From contig CAYLJV010000001.1 of NCBI GenBank assembly GCA_964384105.1, positions 288,001 to 352,000 on the forward strand: a DNA stretch of 64,000 nucleotides. Direction: 5' to 3'. Within the stretch, counting starts at the first letter, position 1. Every line of letters begins with the position of its first letter. The DNA is from Candidatus Hadarchaeota archaeon (lineage in GTDB: Archaea; Hadarchaeota; Hadarchaeia; Hadarchaeales; JAGGTB01). A program made the translations under genes and the position numbers. Below, piece by piece: positions 49,880 through 59,925 of the stretch. A model generated the notes under the pieces. The model was not told where the DNA came from. It made no database searches and saw only the letters and a list, made by a program, of their open reading frames with translations.

Positions 49880-52705
49880 TCAAAACTTGTTTTTTAGTAG
49901 ATTTTTTAAAGATTCCTTTGAAAGTGTTTTGAGTTTTCTGCAATTTCCTTGAGAAGTGTAGAGAATTTTCGCTGATATCTCTTTATTTTCAAATACTCCA
50001 TCAAGTGCATAATAATAAGCACTCAGCTGCTTTCGGTATTCCTCTTCATTAGTTCTTTCTTCATCCGTTTTGTAATCAACTATCTCTACTTTATCTCTCT
50101 CAACGTGAATCAGATCGATACATCCTTTCAGGACTATTCGCCTTCCATCAATTTCAAGCGGCAACAGACAAGTTTCCTCTACTATTAGATCTCCATTTAG
50201 TCCGTCCAAAAATTCTTTCACATTTTCCTCGTCAGAATTACTCGGTTTTACGTCTTCGCCCAAGCCGTAACGCTCGGCAAAGAGGTGAATTTTCTTGCCG
50301 TATTCTTCACCCTTTCCCGTCTTTGTTTCTACATTGAGCAAAGAACTTACAGGTACCTTGAGAGGAGATTTGTAAGGGGGTTTTTCGATTTTGAAATTCT
50401 CTATTTCTTTCTCTTCAGCCTTCACCCTTTTCGGTTCGATTTCTACCTCCGCCGATTCAATCTCGAGATTATCAAAGAACGGACTCGACCTGCCTATCTC
50501 GGAGCTCAAAAAGAGATATCTTTTGGCCCGGGTCATGGCCACGTACATTAGCCTCCTCTCCTCATCGTATTCTCCACTCAAGCATCGGTGCAGGATCTCC
50601 GTTCTCCAGTTATCGTAAATATAGGGCAACCCCTCGTCTCGGTAAATCTTCTTCTGTCTCAAACCTACTGGGTCCAGGTAATCTATTCTTCCACCCCCGC
50701 TACCACTGCTCGGAAATCTGGATTGATTAATATCGGAGACGAAAACTATCGGATGTTCGAGTCCTTTCTCCGCATGGATCGTACGGACTTTTACAACGTC
50801 TCCACTGCTACTGCTGTCTATCTCATATCTCGTATTATCTTCGATATTGTCCTCAATGAACTGCACAAGCCTTCCAGTGTTCATGTAAGTTCTCTTGAAA
50901 GTATTCTCGAGTATCTCGATAATCTTATCTGCGAAGGCGTTGGTGATACAGTATCGGTCGAAGACTCTTCTGGCAACGGCTGAAATGCTATCAATACCCC
51001 CAAGCTCCTTTCTGAAATCAATCATGTTTTTTGGATAATCTCTATTCTTCAAGATATACCTAGTTTCATCAAGGTTGTAACCGGCCTCTTCAAGAACTAC
51101 AGCCCAACCCCTTTTCGAATTTTCGTAGTTAAGGATTCTCAGCCATGCAAGAAGAATTATTGCCGGGTCGGTTTTGAAGAGTTCGGTACCACCCTCATAT
51201 ACGAGAGGGATACCATATGTTCTCCCTAATCTCTGAAGTTCTAGACCGAACTTAGAGGTCCGCGTTAGGATAACTATGTCACTGTAAGTTGGCTCTCTGA
51301 ACTTACCTTCTTCTCCGATAAGATAATTTGAATTTCCCACGATCTCTTGAATTTTTCCAAGAACCAACTTTTTTTCATCCTTACTCTTAAATGCCTCTAT
51401 CTTGGTTGGTCCTTTCATTTTCTCGCTCGACTCTAGTGAGGTGATTTCTTTCATTATCTCTTCTTTATCTAAACTCTCTTTCTTGGTAGCCTCGAGAATC
51501 AGGCTCTGTTCGGAAAATTTGAGTATCTCCTGAGAGGATCGATAATTTACCTTCAAGGGGATTTCTTTAACATTATCTACTTGATAACCGATTCGAGAGT
51601 AGTCCTCGTTAAGCTCCCGTCTGTATCTTTTCAATCTCTTCTCGAATTTTCTAATGTTGTCTACGTCCGCGTACTGGAAGGAGTAGATGCTTTGCTTCCA
51701 GTCTCCGACGGCGCAGATATTTGGACGGTTGGTGAGAAGTAGTGCGAGTTTGAGCTGGATCTCGCTCGTGTCCTGAAACTCATCAATCATGATATAGTCG
51801 TAACCGAGTTCCTTTCGTAGATCATGGTCTTCGCAGAGCAGAATGTAAGCGAACATAAGCAGAAAGTCAAAGTTGAGATAGTTTCTGTTCAGAGCGTACT
51901 TTATATATTCATAGTATACGTCGTGAACGAATCCTTTCAGATCTTCTCTATCTTCAAGAAATGCTTTCTCCGAAATTTCTTCGGGGACCTGCTTGCACCT
52001 AGAACCTCTGACCTCTACTGGTTCGGGTGCTCCTTCAGGGAAGCACTTATTTTTATATCCATTCAGCCGGGCCCGGAGTTCGGACTGTCTGTTTCCCTCG
52101 TTCTCCGGTTTGTTGACCTTTTTGAACAATTTTCCAAATTCCTCGAAATCGCCTTCGAGATAACTCTCCCCGTTCTGGTACCATCCGTCTTGAGTGGGAA
52201 ATATTCCCTTGGAGGCGAGTTTTTTGATCAAGTTTAACAGATTTTTAAAATCGTAGATTATTCTATAGTAATCTACATATTTTTGATTGTTATCTATAAA
52301 ACGGTTCATGAACCTTCTGAACTCCAGCCTTTCGAGAATCTCATTCTCGATAATGTTAGTTGAAGAAGTAATACTGTCTTGGATTCCTATAAGCTTCGGA
52401 GCTCCAAAACCGTGTGTTTTTATTATTCTGTTGCAGAGACTGTGAAAAGTGCAGATAGGTGCTTCTCTGAGTTCTCCTGGCCTGCGGTCTTTACAGAGAC
52501 TTATCACTTTCTTTTTCATTTCCTCGGCGGCGTTTTTTGTGAAGGTGACAAGGAGCAAGTCTTCTGGGTCTATATCTCGCTCTTGAAGGATATGGGCGTA
52601 TCTTCTTGTCACGGCAAAGGTCTTGCCAGTTCCCGCTCCTGCATCTACAAGATAGATACCATCTATATTTTCAATCAGCTCTTGTTGTTGCTCATTCGGT
52701 TTCAT
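49880..52705 (-). CDS. UvrD-type SF1 helicase with C-terminal PD-(D/E)XK nuclease (AddA-like)
   Basis: AGAGTGKT, TFT..AA, DEFQD, GD.KQSIY, NYRS, TIH..KGLE, EERRL.YVAMTRAK; nuclease G.IDL...DYKT...QL..Y. Confidence 0.9.
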   Translation of the reverse strand: MKPNEQQQELIENIDGIYLVDAGAGTGKTFAVTRRYAHILQERDIDPEDLLLVTFTKNAAEEMKKKVISLCKDRRPGELREAPICTFHSLCNRIIKTHGFGAPKLIGIQDSITSSTNIIENEILERLEFRRFMNRFIDNNQKYVDYYRIIYDFKNLLNLIKKLASKGIFPTQDGWYQNGESYLEGDFEEFGKLFKKVNKPENEGNRQSELRARLNGYKNKCFPEGAPEPVEVRGSRCKQVPEEISEKAFLEDREDLKGFVHDVYYEYIKYALNRNYLNFDFLLMFAYILLCEDHDLRKELGYDYIMIDEFQDTSEIQLKLALLLTNRPNICAVGDWKQSIYSFQYADVDNIRKFEKRLKRYRRELNEDYSRIGYQVDNVKEIPLKVNYRSSQEILKFSEQSLILEATKKESLDKEEIMKEITSLESSEKMKGPTKIEAFKSKDEKKLVLGKIQEIVGNSNYLIGEEGKFREPTYSDIVILTRTSKFGLELQRLGRTYGIPLVYEGGTELFKTDPAIILLAWLRILNYENSKRGWAVVLEEAGYNLDETRYILKNRDYPKNMIDFRKELGGIDSISAVARRVFDRYCITNAFADKIIEILENTFKRTYMNTGRLVQFIEDNIEDNTRYEIDSSSSGDVVKVRTIHAEKGLEHPIVFVSDINQSRFPSSGSGGGRIDYLDPVGLRQKKIYRDEGLPYIYDNWRTEILHRCLSGEYDEERRLMYVAMTRAKRYLFLSSEIGRSSPFFDNLEIESAEVEIEPKRVKAEEKEIENFKIEKPPYKSPLKVPVSSLLNVETKTGKGEEYGKKIHLFAERYGLGEDVKPSNSDEENVKEFLDGLNGDLIVEETCLLPLEIDGRRIVLKGCIDLIHVERDKVEIVDYKTDEERTNEEEYRKQLSAYYYALDGVFENKEISAKILYTSQGNCRKLKTLSKESLKNLLKNKF

Positions 52706-55283
52706 ATGTACCGCCTAAGATGAGATCTCTATTTTCCAAAATGTCGAGGTCAACATCCCCAATCGGGAAACCCTCTTTTTTGTATTCGTTCAAATTTTCG
52801 AGTTGTTTTGATAGGAATTCTTCGAATCTATCCAGGTCCTCTTTGAAGTAGTTTCTCAGCCGGAAACCGCAGAGTTTCTTCAATGTACTTCTGCACCCAT
52901 TTTTGACGTACTTATATTCTCCTACTATTCCCTGACTGTAACTGATGTATTCCTGGGATACTTCGGATCTCAGAAGCTCGTTCTTGTCGTACTCGTGGGG
53001 TAATTCTACATTCTTGAAAAAAGACCTGTAACTCGAATAACCTAATTTTTCCAGAGTCTTTCTTCTATTATTACTTTCACTTACACCCTCTATCAGGTAA
53101 TTGAAGGTTTTTCGCTCGGCTATTTGATCCGAAAAATTTCTTGGATAATAGGTGACAGTCTCAATGTTTTCTTGAATATTCGCATCACCTACAATAACAT
53201 TCTCTAAGTTATCCAGGAAGTGAAAGAAGCTGAACTTTAACTTTTCCCCAGGTCTAGCCATCCTGTGGTGCGCCAGATATAGAATCGCCTGAAAATCTGG
53301 GTCCTCCTCGAAAAGCTCTACGTTAGAGTTTCTAACGATAGACATGGAGCTATTTTTCTTCCCGCTCTTGTAGTCCACGAGATGATTCTTATCTAATATT
53401 AGGTCAACCTTTCCCTTAGCGCCTAACTCTGAATTTTCGAACCAGGCCTCTGTTATCTTGTCTTCGACACTTTTGTCGAAGTGATCTGCGAAAAAGTTAT
53501 CCCAAGACTTTTTCTTGTAATCTTCCAACTCTGAACTTTCGATGTCTCCTCTTTCCAGAAATTCAATGATATTTTCGATGCCTATTCTGATTTTGGTCTT
53601 AAGGATCTCTACCATGAAATTATCTATGAATGGATTCAGTTTTCCTGTCATAAGCTCCACGAATTTCTCATAACCTCTCTCCTCGACGAATTTTGGGTGA
53701 TTTACGTAGAATTCGGCGAAGTCGTGGAAGAGGGAACCCATCTTGAGATAGTGATTGTCCTCCATGGGTACCACCTGCGAAAAGAAGTATTCTTTTGGAC
53801 ACTTCACCAGTTTATTTAAGTCTGTCTGACTGATCACGTCAACCGGTTTGATTTTTATTTCATAATCCTCCTTTTCGAAGGCCGTTCTCTTTTCCTCGAC
53901 AGCTCCGGAATAATTCTTGTGGGGAAGGTCTGTGAAAGTATCAAACTCTTCCTCGAGGATCTCGTCGAAGTAGAGACATGGTGTGATATCGTTTCCCATT
54001 TCGCTATCTCTCACTAGAAAATGTTGTCGCTCGCCGTTCTGTAGCAGCAGTTCGAAATTTTTCAAGTTTTTTATTTCAAAATCCCTTTTGTCTGTCCACG
54101 GTTTTTCGGGACTATCGTGTTCCCATTCAGAGTCCATCCCTAGATAAAATACTATGGGGCGATCCACGAATGAGGATGACTTAGGTGAAGCCAATAGAAT
54201 ACCAATTTCTGAGTCACCTACTTGAATGTCGAAAGAATCGAAGTAGTATTCTAATCTATTCACATTTTCTTCCGTAATTCTCTCGTTCAGAATATCTACT
54301 TCTTCAAGTTTTTCTCGAACTCCCGAAATCTTTCTTCCTATCAATTCCTCGTATTTATTGACTATATCTTCGAATGTGAGTTCTTCAATATTGGAGATTA
54401 AGTTCTTGACTTTGTCTAACTCGCTGATTTCTAAATCTGCTAGGAATTCTCTGTTGTGTTTGATCGAAACATTTGTATTGAGACTTTTGAGGATAGGTTG
54501 AATATCTCTCAATCTGAGACGTCTTCCCGAAAGGCCGGATTTTAGGATAAACAAAATCGTCCTAAAGTCGTCGTTCTCGGAGAAGTCCTTACCCAGCATG
54601 AACGGAATGTTTTCGGAACGTAAGAGAGAACGGAGGAGTGGGGTGTATTCGCTATCTGGACTAACTACGATTGCTAAGTCTTCGGCATTTTCCCTGTTAA
54701 TATTCTTTCTTATGGCTTGGAGGATATCTGTTACGGTTCCAAATACTTTGAATTCTGGTAATTTTCTTTTTTTATTTTCAAAGACATTCACGACATCGTA
54801 CTTTTCCGGTATGACTTTCATATCCAGCTTGTTAAATTGGTAAGGGGCTATTACTGCTAATGAGTTCTCTTTCTCTTGTTCAAAATTTTCCATGGCACTG
54901 TAAATGTTAGGAGTTCTTTCTATGATCCTAATGATTTCACGAGTGGTTTTGCTATCAAATCGGTTGTATTCGAGGATTTTTTGTAATTCTCCAGTATTTT
55001 TCCAACAGTCTAATATATTTTCTAAAAGGTAGAATGCCTCTTTCCATGAAATATCAATTTCTCGAATAACTTTAATAAATAGCTGTCTCTCATCTGCGAT
55101 TTCTTTATTTCCGTTTTTACTGTAGGCTAATCTCTTTGGAGTGATTGCGAACTCTCCCAGGTGCGGACTCTGAATTCTATTGTTAAGGGCATCGGCTAAA
55201 GGAGCTTCAACCGTGAGAACCAAGTCGTAGTCCTTAACCTTTTCATATATATGGTCAATCCCGATAGCTTTTCTAATTTTCAA
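52692..55283 (-). CDS. AddB-like subunit: degenerate helicase body plus PD-(D/E)XK nuclease
   Basis: No Walker A. S...L.....CP..YFF, G..FH, GKVDL...DYKSG, FQA..Y; overlaps the AddA-like start. Confidence 0.78.
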   Translation of the reverse strand: MKIRKAIGIDHIYEKVKDYDLVLTVEAPLADALNNRIQSPHLGEFAITPKRLAYSKNGNKEIADERQLFIKVIREIDISWKEAFYLLENILDCWKNTGELQKILEYNRFDSKTTREIIRIIERTPNIYSAMENFEQEKENSLAVIAPYQFNKLDMKVIPEKYDVVNVFENKKRKLPEFKVFGTVTDILQAIRKNINRENAEDLAIVVSPDSEYTPLLRSLLRSENIPFMLGKDFSENDDFRTILFILKSGLSGRRLRLRDIQPILKSLNTNVSIKHNREFLADLEISELDKVKNLISNIEELTFEDIVNKYEELIGRKISGVREKLEEVDILNERITEENVNRLEYYFDSFDIQVGDSEIGILLASPKSSSFVDRPIVFYLGMDSEWEHDSPEKPWTDKRDFEIKNLKNFELLLQNGERQHFLVRDSEMGNDITPCLYFDEILEEEFDTFTDLPHKNYSGAVEEKRTAFEKEDYEIKIKPVDVISQTDLNKLVKCPKEYFFSQVVPMEDNHYLKMGSLFHDFAEFYVNHPKFVEERGYEKFVELMTGKLNPFIDNFMVEILKTKIRIGIENIIEFLERGDIESSELEDYKKKSWDNFFADHFDKSVEDKITEAWFENSELGAKGKVDLILDKNHLVDYKSGKKNSSMSIVRNSNVELFEEDPDFQAILYLAHHRMARPGEKLKFSFFHFLDNLENVIVGDANIQENIETVTYYPRNFSDQIAERKTFNYLIEGVSESNNRRKTLEKLGYSSYRSFFKNVELPHEYDKNELLRSEVSQEYISYSQGIVGEYKYVKNGCRSTLKKLCGFRLRNYFKEDLDRFEEFLSKQLENLNEYKKEGFPIGDVDLDILENRDLILGGTYETE

Positions 55284-55456
55284 AAATACACCTTTTCAAA
55301 AACTACAATTTTCTTTCAGTTTTGATGACAATTATAATTTCTCAAATTTTTTGCATTTGTTTTCGTAAGATAATGGATTACGAAACTTGAGAGTAGAGTA
55401 ATTGTTTGGGTAGTTGATATGATTAGTTTTTAGATCTTAAAGTTACATCTATATAT

Positions 55457-55479
55457 TATAACACCGTTATATTTTTAAG
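55457..55479 (+). promoter_or_regulatory. Palindromic operator TATAACACCGTTATA plus TATA box TTTAAG upstream of FTR1
   Basis: Third copy of ATAAC-N3-GTTAT, with the same 3-bp spacing to TATA. Confidence 0.7.
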
Positions 55480-55493
55480 TTAGGTATGCCTAA
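55480..55493 (+). promoter_or_regulatory. DtxR/MntR/SirR-type metal box TTAGG-TATG-CCTAA
   Basis: TTAGG-N4-CCTAA inverted repeat immediately downstream of the TATA box of an iron permease gene. Confidence 0.7.
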
Positions 55494-55504
55494 TTCTCAG
55501 CTAA

Positions 55505-56389
55505 GTGGTGACTATGGTAGTATATCCATATGTTGTGTCTCTTAGAGAAGGGCTAGAAGCGGCGTTAATCATAGCGATCCTTATAGGATACCTCACGAAA
55601 ATAAAGAGACCGGAATTAAGCAAGTATGTTTGGACGGGTGTTTTAGGAGCGATATCGGCCAGTCTTGGTTTAGGGGCTGGGATGTGGATTGTTTATGGAG
55701 AACTTGGTGGATTAGGAGAGAAACTTTTTGAGGCGGGGGCTGCTGGTACGGCTGTTGTGGTGCTTACATATATGATCTTTTGGATGGCAAAAAATGCTAA
55801 AAAGATTAAAGGTGAACTCGAAGAAAGAATAGACACCACAATTTCTAAAAGATGGTTGTATGGGATAACTTTCCTTGCTTTTATAACTGTTTTTAGAGAA
55901 GGGCTAGAAACAGTTCTATTTCTCACGGCCTCAACATTTTCGGATCCTACTGGAACAGTGATAGGTGCAGGTGCGGGGTTTGCTACAGTTATAGCGATTG
56001 GAGTACTTTTGCTTCGTGGATCTAGAAGCTTGCCTATTCGAAGATTTTTCACTTTTACTAGTGTCCTTCTTTTAATCTTTGCAGCAGGCATCTTAAGTTA
56101 CGGAATGCATGAGGGAATAGAAGCTTTGGAAATAGCAGGACACGAGTTAGAATGGTTGGGGAGTAAAGCCTATGATATTACACCTTCAGTTAGCTCGATA
56201 TTCCATCCTGAGGAAGGTGTTATAGGGGCAGTAATTCAGGGTTTGATAGGAAGGGTTTACCCGAGCCCTGAATGGCTCACATTGATTGTTTACAAACTCT
56301 ATTGGCTGATTGTTGGAATTTACATGTTGAAAGTTTATGTTCCGGAGAAGCTCAATGATCTCGGAGGCAGGTTGTTACGCATAAATTAA
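55505..56389 (+). CDS. FTR1/EfeU-family iron permease
   Basis: Two REGLE motifs, about 7 TM segments. Confidence 0.92.
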   Translation: MVTMVVYPYVVSLREGLEAALIIAILIGYLTKIKRPELSKYVWTGVLGAISASLGLGAGMWIVYGELGGLGEKLFEAGAAGTAVVVLTYMIFWMAKNAKKIKGELEERIDTTISKRWLYGITFLAFITVFREGLETVLFLTASTFSDPTGTVIGAGAGFATVIAIGVLLLRGSRSLPIRRFFTFTSVLLLIFAAGILSYGMHEGIEALEIAGHELEWLGSKAYDITPSVSSIFHPEEGVIGAVIQGLIGRVYPSPEWLTLIVYKLYWLIVGIYMLKVYVPEKLNDLGGRLLRIN

Positions 56390-56515
56390 AATTTGCGAAA
56401 TCTTTTTGAACTGATGATTTTTTCGTAAATGGAGACAATGATTAATAAGCCTTTAGAATGATTAACGGAATGGAAAGCAACTTTTAGCTAGCTAAAAAAT
56501 TGAGAGGTGTTGAAT

Positions 56516-56722
56516 ATGGGAAATAAGGAAGGTATTGAAGTAGGAGATACAGTTGAGCTATTGATCAGCCCGAATGGTAGAGGCAGAGGTGTATTCGCAG
56601 AGGTCAAAGAGGTTAAAGAAATTGAGTGTAAAGTTTGCATCCACACGGAGGAATACCCGTGGATGGATGGAGATGAAAAGTGTTTACCATACTCCCTTGT
56701 TAGAAAAGCCGATTCAGAATGA
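56516..56722 (+). CDS. Small hypothetical protein (SH3/KOW-like beta pattern)
   Basis: RBS GAGGTG; IEVGDTVEL...G..AEV.EV pattern. Confidence 0.5.
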   Translation: MGNKEGIEVGDTVELLISPNGRGRGVFAEVKEVKEIECKVCIHTEEYPWMDGDEKCLPYSLVRKADSE

Positions 56723-56908
56723 GTTCTAAATTAACGAAAAATAAACAAAATGTTATCTTTAATTCTATTTTAGTTTCCAATTTATTAATAAAAAGGGAAT
56801 TTACACCTTTATTTTGGTTATATAGGCCATTTAAGACACTCTCATCTCTAACAGTAAGTTTAATAAGTTAAGTATCAATTCTAGAATTGAATTCAAGAGG
56901 TCTTAGAA

Positions 56909-57448
56909 ATGAAAGAAATTAGAATTCATGGTAGAGGTGGTCAAGGTTCAGTGACGATGTCTCGATTGTTGGCACAGGCCGCTTTCGAGGATGGAATGTG
57001 GGCTCAAGGGTTCCCCTCTTTTGGTGTTGAGAGATTGGGAGCACCGGTAGTTGCTTTTACACGAATCGATGATAAGAAAATTACAGATAGAAGTCAGGTC
57101 GAAGAGCCTGATTACGTAATTATTCAGGACCCGACGCTTATTGGATTGGTCAATGTACTCGAAGGATTGAAGGACGACGGAATGATTCTCGTTAATACCG
57201 AGAAGTCACCAGAAAAACTAGGATTGGACACCAAGGCTAAGGTCGTCACCGTTGATGCTACTAACATAGCATTAGAGCATCTAGGAAGACCGATAATGAA
57301 TACTGCTTTAGCTGGAGCTTTTGCTGGAGCGAGTGGAATGATCGAAAAAGATAGTCTTAATAAAGTGGTTAAGAGAAATTTCCCCGGTAAGATCGGAGAA
57401 AAGAATGTTAATGCAATAAACGCTGCTTATGAAAAGGTGGTGAAGTAA
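56909..57448 (+). CDS. porG: Pyruvate:ferredoxin oxidoreductase gamma subunit
   Basis: [25 protein letters not shown]. Confidence 0.92.
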   Translation: MKEIRIHGRGGQGSVTMSRLLAQAAFEDGMWAQGFPSFGVERLGAPVVAFTRIDDKKITDRSQVEEPDYVIIQDPTLIGLVNVLEGLKDDGMILVNTEKSPEKLGLDTKAKVVTVDATNIALEHLGRPIMNTALAGAFAGASGMIEKDSLNKVVKRNFPGKIGEKNVNAINAAYEKVVK

Positions 57449-57733
57449 ATGGTTAAAGATCCATACAAAAAGTTGAAGTTAACCAAGGGCGCGATAGTTG
57501 CACCTTGTACGACTTTAGCGAATAAGACAGGTAGTTGGAGAACTTTCCGACCTATTGTGGATCATGAAAAGTGCATATCCTGCGGAACTTGTGAGAAGTT
57601 CTGTCCGGATATGGCGATAAAGGATGTCGGAGAAGGTAGATACGAAGTAGACCTAGATTATTGCAAAGGTTGCGGAATATGTGCCGAAGAATGTCCAGTT
57701 GATGCGATAGAAATGAAGAAGGAGGAGAAATAA
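57449..57733 (+). CDS. porD: Pyruvate:ferredoxin oxidoreductase delta subunit (2x[4Fe-4S])
   Basis: KTGSWR..RP, CISCGTC...CPD, YCKGCGICAEECP. Confidence 0.93.
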   Translation: MVKDPYKKLKLTKGAIVAPCTTLANKTGSWRTFRPIVDHEKCISCGTCEKFCPDMAIKDVGEGRYEVDLDYCKGCGICAEECPVDAIEMKKEEK

Positions 57734-58957
57734 ATGGCTGATGCTGTTTTAATAGGATTTGATGCGGTTGCGAAAGCAGTCAAGCCCTGCGATCCTGATG
57801 TCATCTCGGCGTATCCAATTACGCCGCAGACCGATATCGTTGAGCACTTGGCTGATATGGTAGCCGACGGTGAGCTCACTAGCGAGTTTATCAAGGTAGA
57901 TAGTGAATTTAACGCTGCATCCACCTGTATAGGTGCGAGCGCAGCAGGCGCACGAGTTTTCAGCGCAACGAGTTCTCAAGGCCTTAAGCTGATGAGCGAA
58001 GTGCTCTTCAGTGCTTCTGGAATGAGATTGCCATTGGTTCTTGCAGTTGCCAATAGAAGTCTTTCAGCACCCCTCAGTATATGGAACGACCATACAGATT
58101 CCTTTGCTGAGAGGGATGGAGGGATGATCCAGTTCTACGCTGAGGATGTACAGGAAGCGATGGACAATGTGGTAATGGCTTACAAAGTTGCCGAGGACAA
58201 AGATATCTCTCTTCCAGCTCTTGCTTGCTTGGATGGGTTCATATTGACTCATGTCCAGGAACCCGTTGAGACCTTCACTCGTGAAGAAGTCTTGGAGTTC
58301 CTTCCGGATAGAGAGCCCGAATTTACATTGGACCCTTCTAATCCGACGACTTTCGGTGCCTATGCACGACCAGAACACTGGGCAGAGTCCAGATATATGG
58401 TACATAAAGCACAGATGAAGGCAAAGGACAAGATAGCAGATGCGGTTAAGGATTTCGCAGATGTATTTGGCAGAGAATACGGTCTTGAAAACAGAGGTCT
58501 TGTAGAAACTTACAGAGCTGAAGATGCAGATGTTCTACTTCTGTCGCTAGGAAGTGTTTGTGGAACGATAAGGTCGGTAATTGACGAATACAGAGAGAAG
58601 GGTGAAAAAGTAGGCCTTGTCAAACTTAGAGTTTACAGGCCATTCCCTGTTGAGGAGCTCAGAGAGATTCTAGATGGTGCGAAAGCACTAGCGGTTTTGG
58701 AAAAGGATATTTCAGTAGGTTACCAAGGTGCTTTAGCAATTGACGTTAAGTCAGCTTTGTACCCAACTGGTGTAAGGTTGCCGATACTGAACTTCATAGT
58801 TGGTCTTGCGGGCCGAGATGTTTCCAAGAATAACATCAGAAACGTGATAGAGAAGACTAAGGACTTCGCAGAGAAAGGAACTCACGAAATGAACTTCGAC
58901 GAAGAAGAATATTGGGAGCCCCTCAAAAGAGAGCTACTACCCGAAGGAGTTGATTAA
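57734..58957 (+). CDS. porA: Pyruvate:ferredoxin oxidoreductase alpha subunit
   Basis: AYPITPQT, SE, TSSQGL, ANR.LSAP.SIW.DH.D, DGF.L.H. Confidence 0.93.
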   Translation: MADAVLIGFDAVAKAVKPCDPDVISAYPITPQTDIVEHLADMVADGELTSEFIKVDSEFNAASTCIGASAAGARVFSATSSQGLKLMSEVLFSASGMRLPLVLAVANRSLSAPLSIWNDHTDSFAERDGGMIQFYAEDVQEAMDNVVMAYKVAEDKDISLPALACLDGFILTHVQEPVETFTREEVLEFLPDREPEFTLDPSNPTTFGAYARPEHWAESRYMVHKAQMKAKDKIADAVKDFADVFGREYGLENRGLVETYRAEDADVLLLSLGSVCGTIRSVIDEYREKGEKVGLVKLRVYRPFPVEELREILDGAKALAVLEKDISVGYQGALAIDVKSALYPTGVRLPILNFIVGLAGRDVSKNNIRNVIEKTKDFAEKGTHEMNFDEEEYWEPLKRELLPEGVD

Positions 58958-58959
58958 AA

Positions 58960-59925
58960 ATGGCTACAGAAGCTAAAGAACTAGAGACTGATAAAAAGTT
59001 TAAGCACGAGGAAGATCTTTACTGTTCAGGGCATAGAGCTTGCCCGGGCTGTGGAGCAGCTCTAGCTTGTAAATACGTCACAGAGGCTACAGGTCCTAAT
59101 ACGATAATAGCCATGCCTACCGGATGTATGGAGGTAACTTCTACTCCATTCCCCGAGAGTGCATGGGGTGTAAGCTGGATACACAATCTCTTCGAAAATG
59201 CAGCATCGATTGCGTCTGGTGTTGAAACGGCTTACAAGTCGTTCAAGAAGAGAGGTGTAAAGAAGCGCGGCGATAAGACTTTCATGGACTACGACGATGT
59301 GAATTTCGTGGCATTAGCTGGAGACGGATCTACTTTCGATATAGGGATCAGAGCCCTAAGTGGTATGCTCGAGAGAAGGCATGATGTGCTCTACATCTGC
59401 TACGACAACGAAGCTTACATGAATACTGGTATACAGAGAAGTGGGTCTACCCCGCTCGGTGCGAGTACTACGACAAGTCCTGCCGGTGATGTTAGTTACG
59501 GTGAGGATATCCACAAAAAGGATATGCCGAAGATTGTGGCTGCGCATGGAGTGGAATACGTGGCAACTGCGAACATAGCTTATCCTGAGGACTTCAAAGC
59601 TAAGATAGAGAAAGCGCTTAAGATAGAGGGGCCTAAGTACATACAAGTTTTTGCACCGTGTCCAAGAGGTTGGAGACACGAGGCACAGAACGTAGTGAAA
59701 ATAGCTCGAATGGCTCACGAAACGGCAGTTTACCCGATATACGAGATGGAAAACGGCGAAATAACCAAAGTGAAGAAGATAAAAGATCGCAAGCCGGTTG
59801 AGGAGTACCTTAAGTTGCAAGGAAGATTCAAGCATCTCTTCAAGAAAGAAGGTGGAGAGAAAGTCATCAAAGAGATTCAGAGAGTTGCTGACCAGAACGC
59901 AAAGAACCTTGATCTAGAAAAATAG
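58960..59925 (+). CDS. porB: Pyruvate:ferredoxin oxidoreductase beta subunit
   Basis: GHRACPGCG, TGCMEV, GDG...DIG, DNEAYMNTG.QRS, PCPRGW. Confidence 0.93.
   Translation: MATEAKELETDKKFKHEEDLYCSGHRACPGCGAALACKYVTEATGPNTIIAMPTGCMEVTSTPFPESAWGVSWIHNLFENAASIASGVETAYKSFKKRGVKKRGDKTFMDYDDVNFVALAGDGSTFDIGIRALSGMLERRHDVLYICYDNEAYMNTGIQRSGSTPLGASTTTSPAGDVSYGEDIHKKDMPKIVAAHGVEYVATANIAYPEDFKAKIEKALKIEGPKYIQVFAPCPRGWRHEAQNVVKIARMAHETAVYPIYEMENGEITKVKKIKDRKPVEEYLKLQGRFKHLFKKEGGEKVIKEIQRVADQNAKNLDLEK

Noticed and set aside
49827-49943. 39-aa N-terminal extension of the DpnI ORF in the track
   Set aside because: It overlaps the AddA-like 3' end; family similarity starts at MKLSMD (49826).
52692-53830. 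Cas4 / CRISPR association of the PD-(D/E)XK domains
   Set aside because: No cas1/cas2, no repeat-spacer array seen in the window, and the Cas4 four-Cys pattern is absent.
48885-55500. Integrated element (attL/attR) at tRNA-Asn
   Set aside because: No repeat of the tRNA 3' end was seen near 55300-55500, and no integrase is present.
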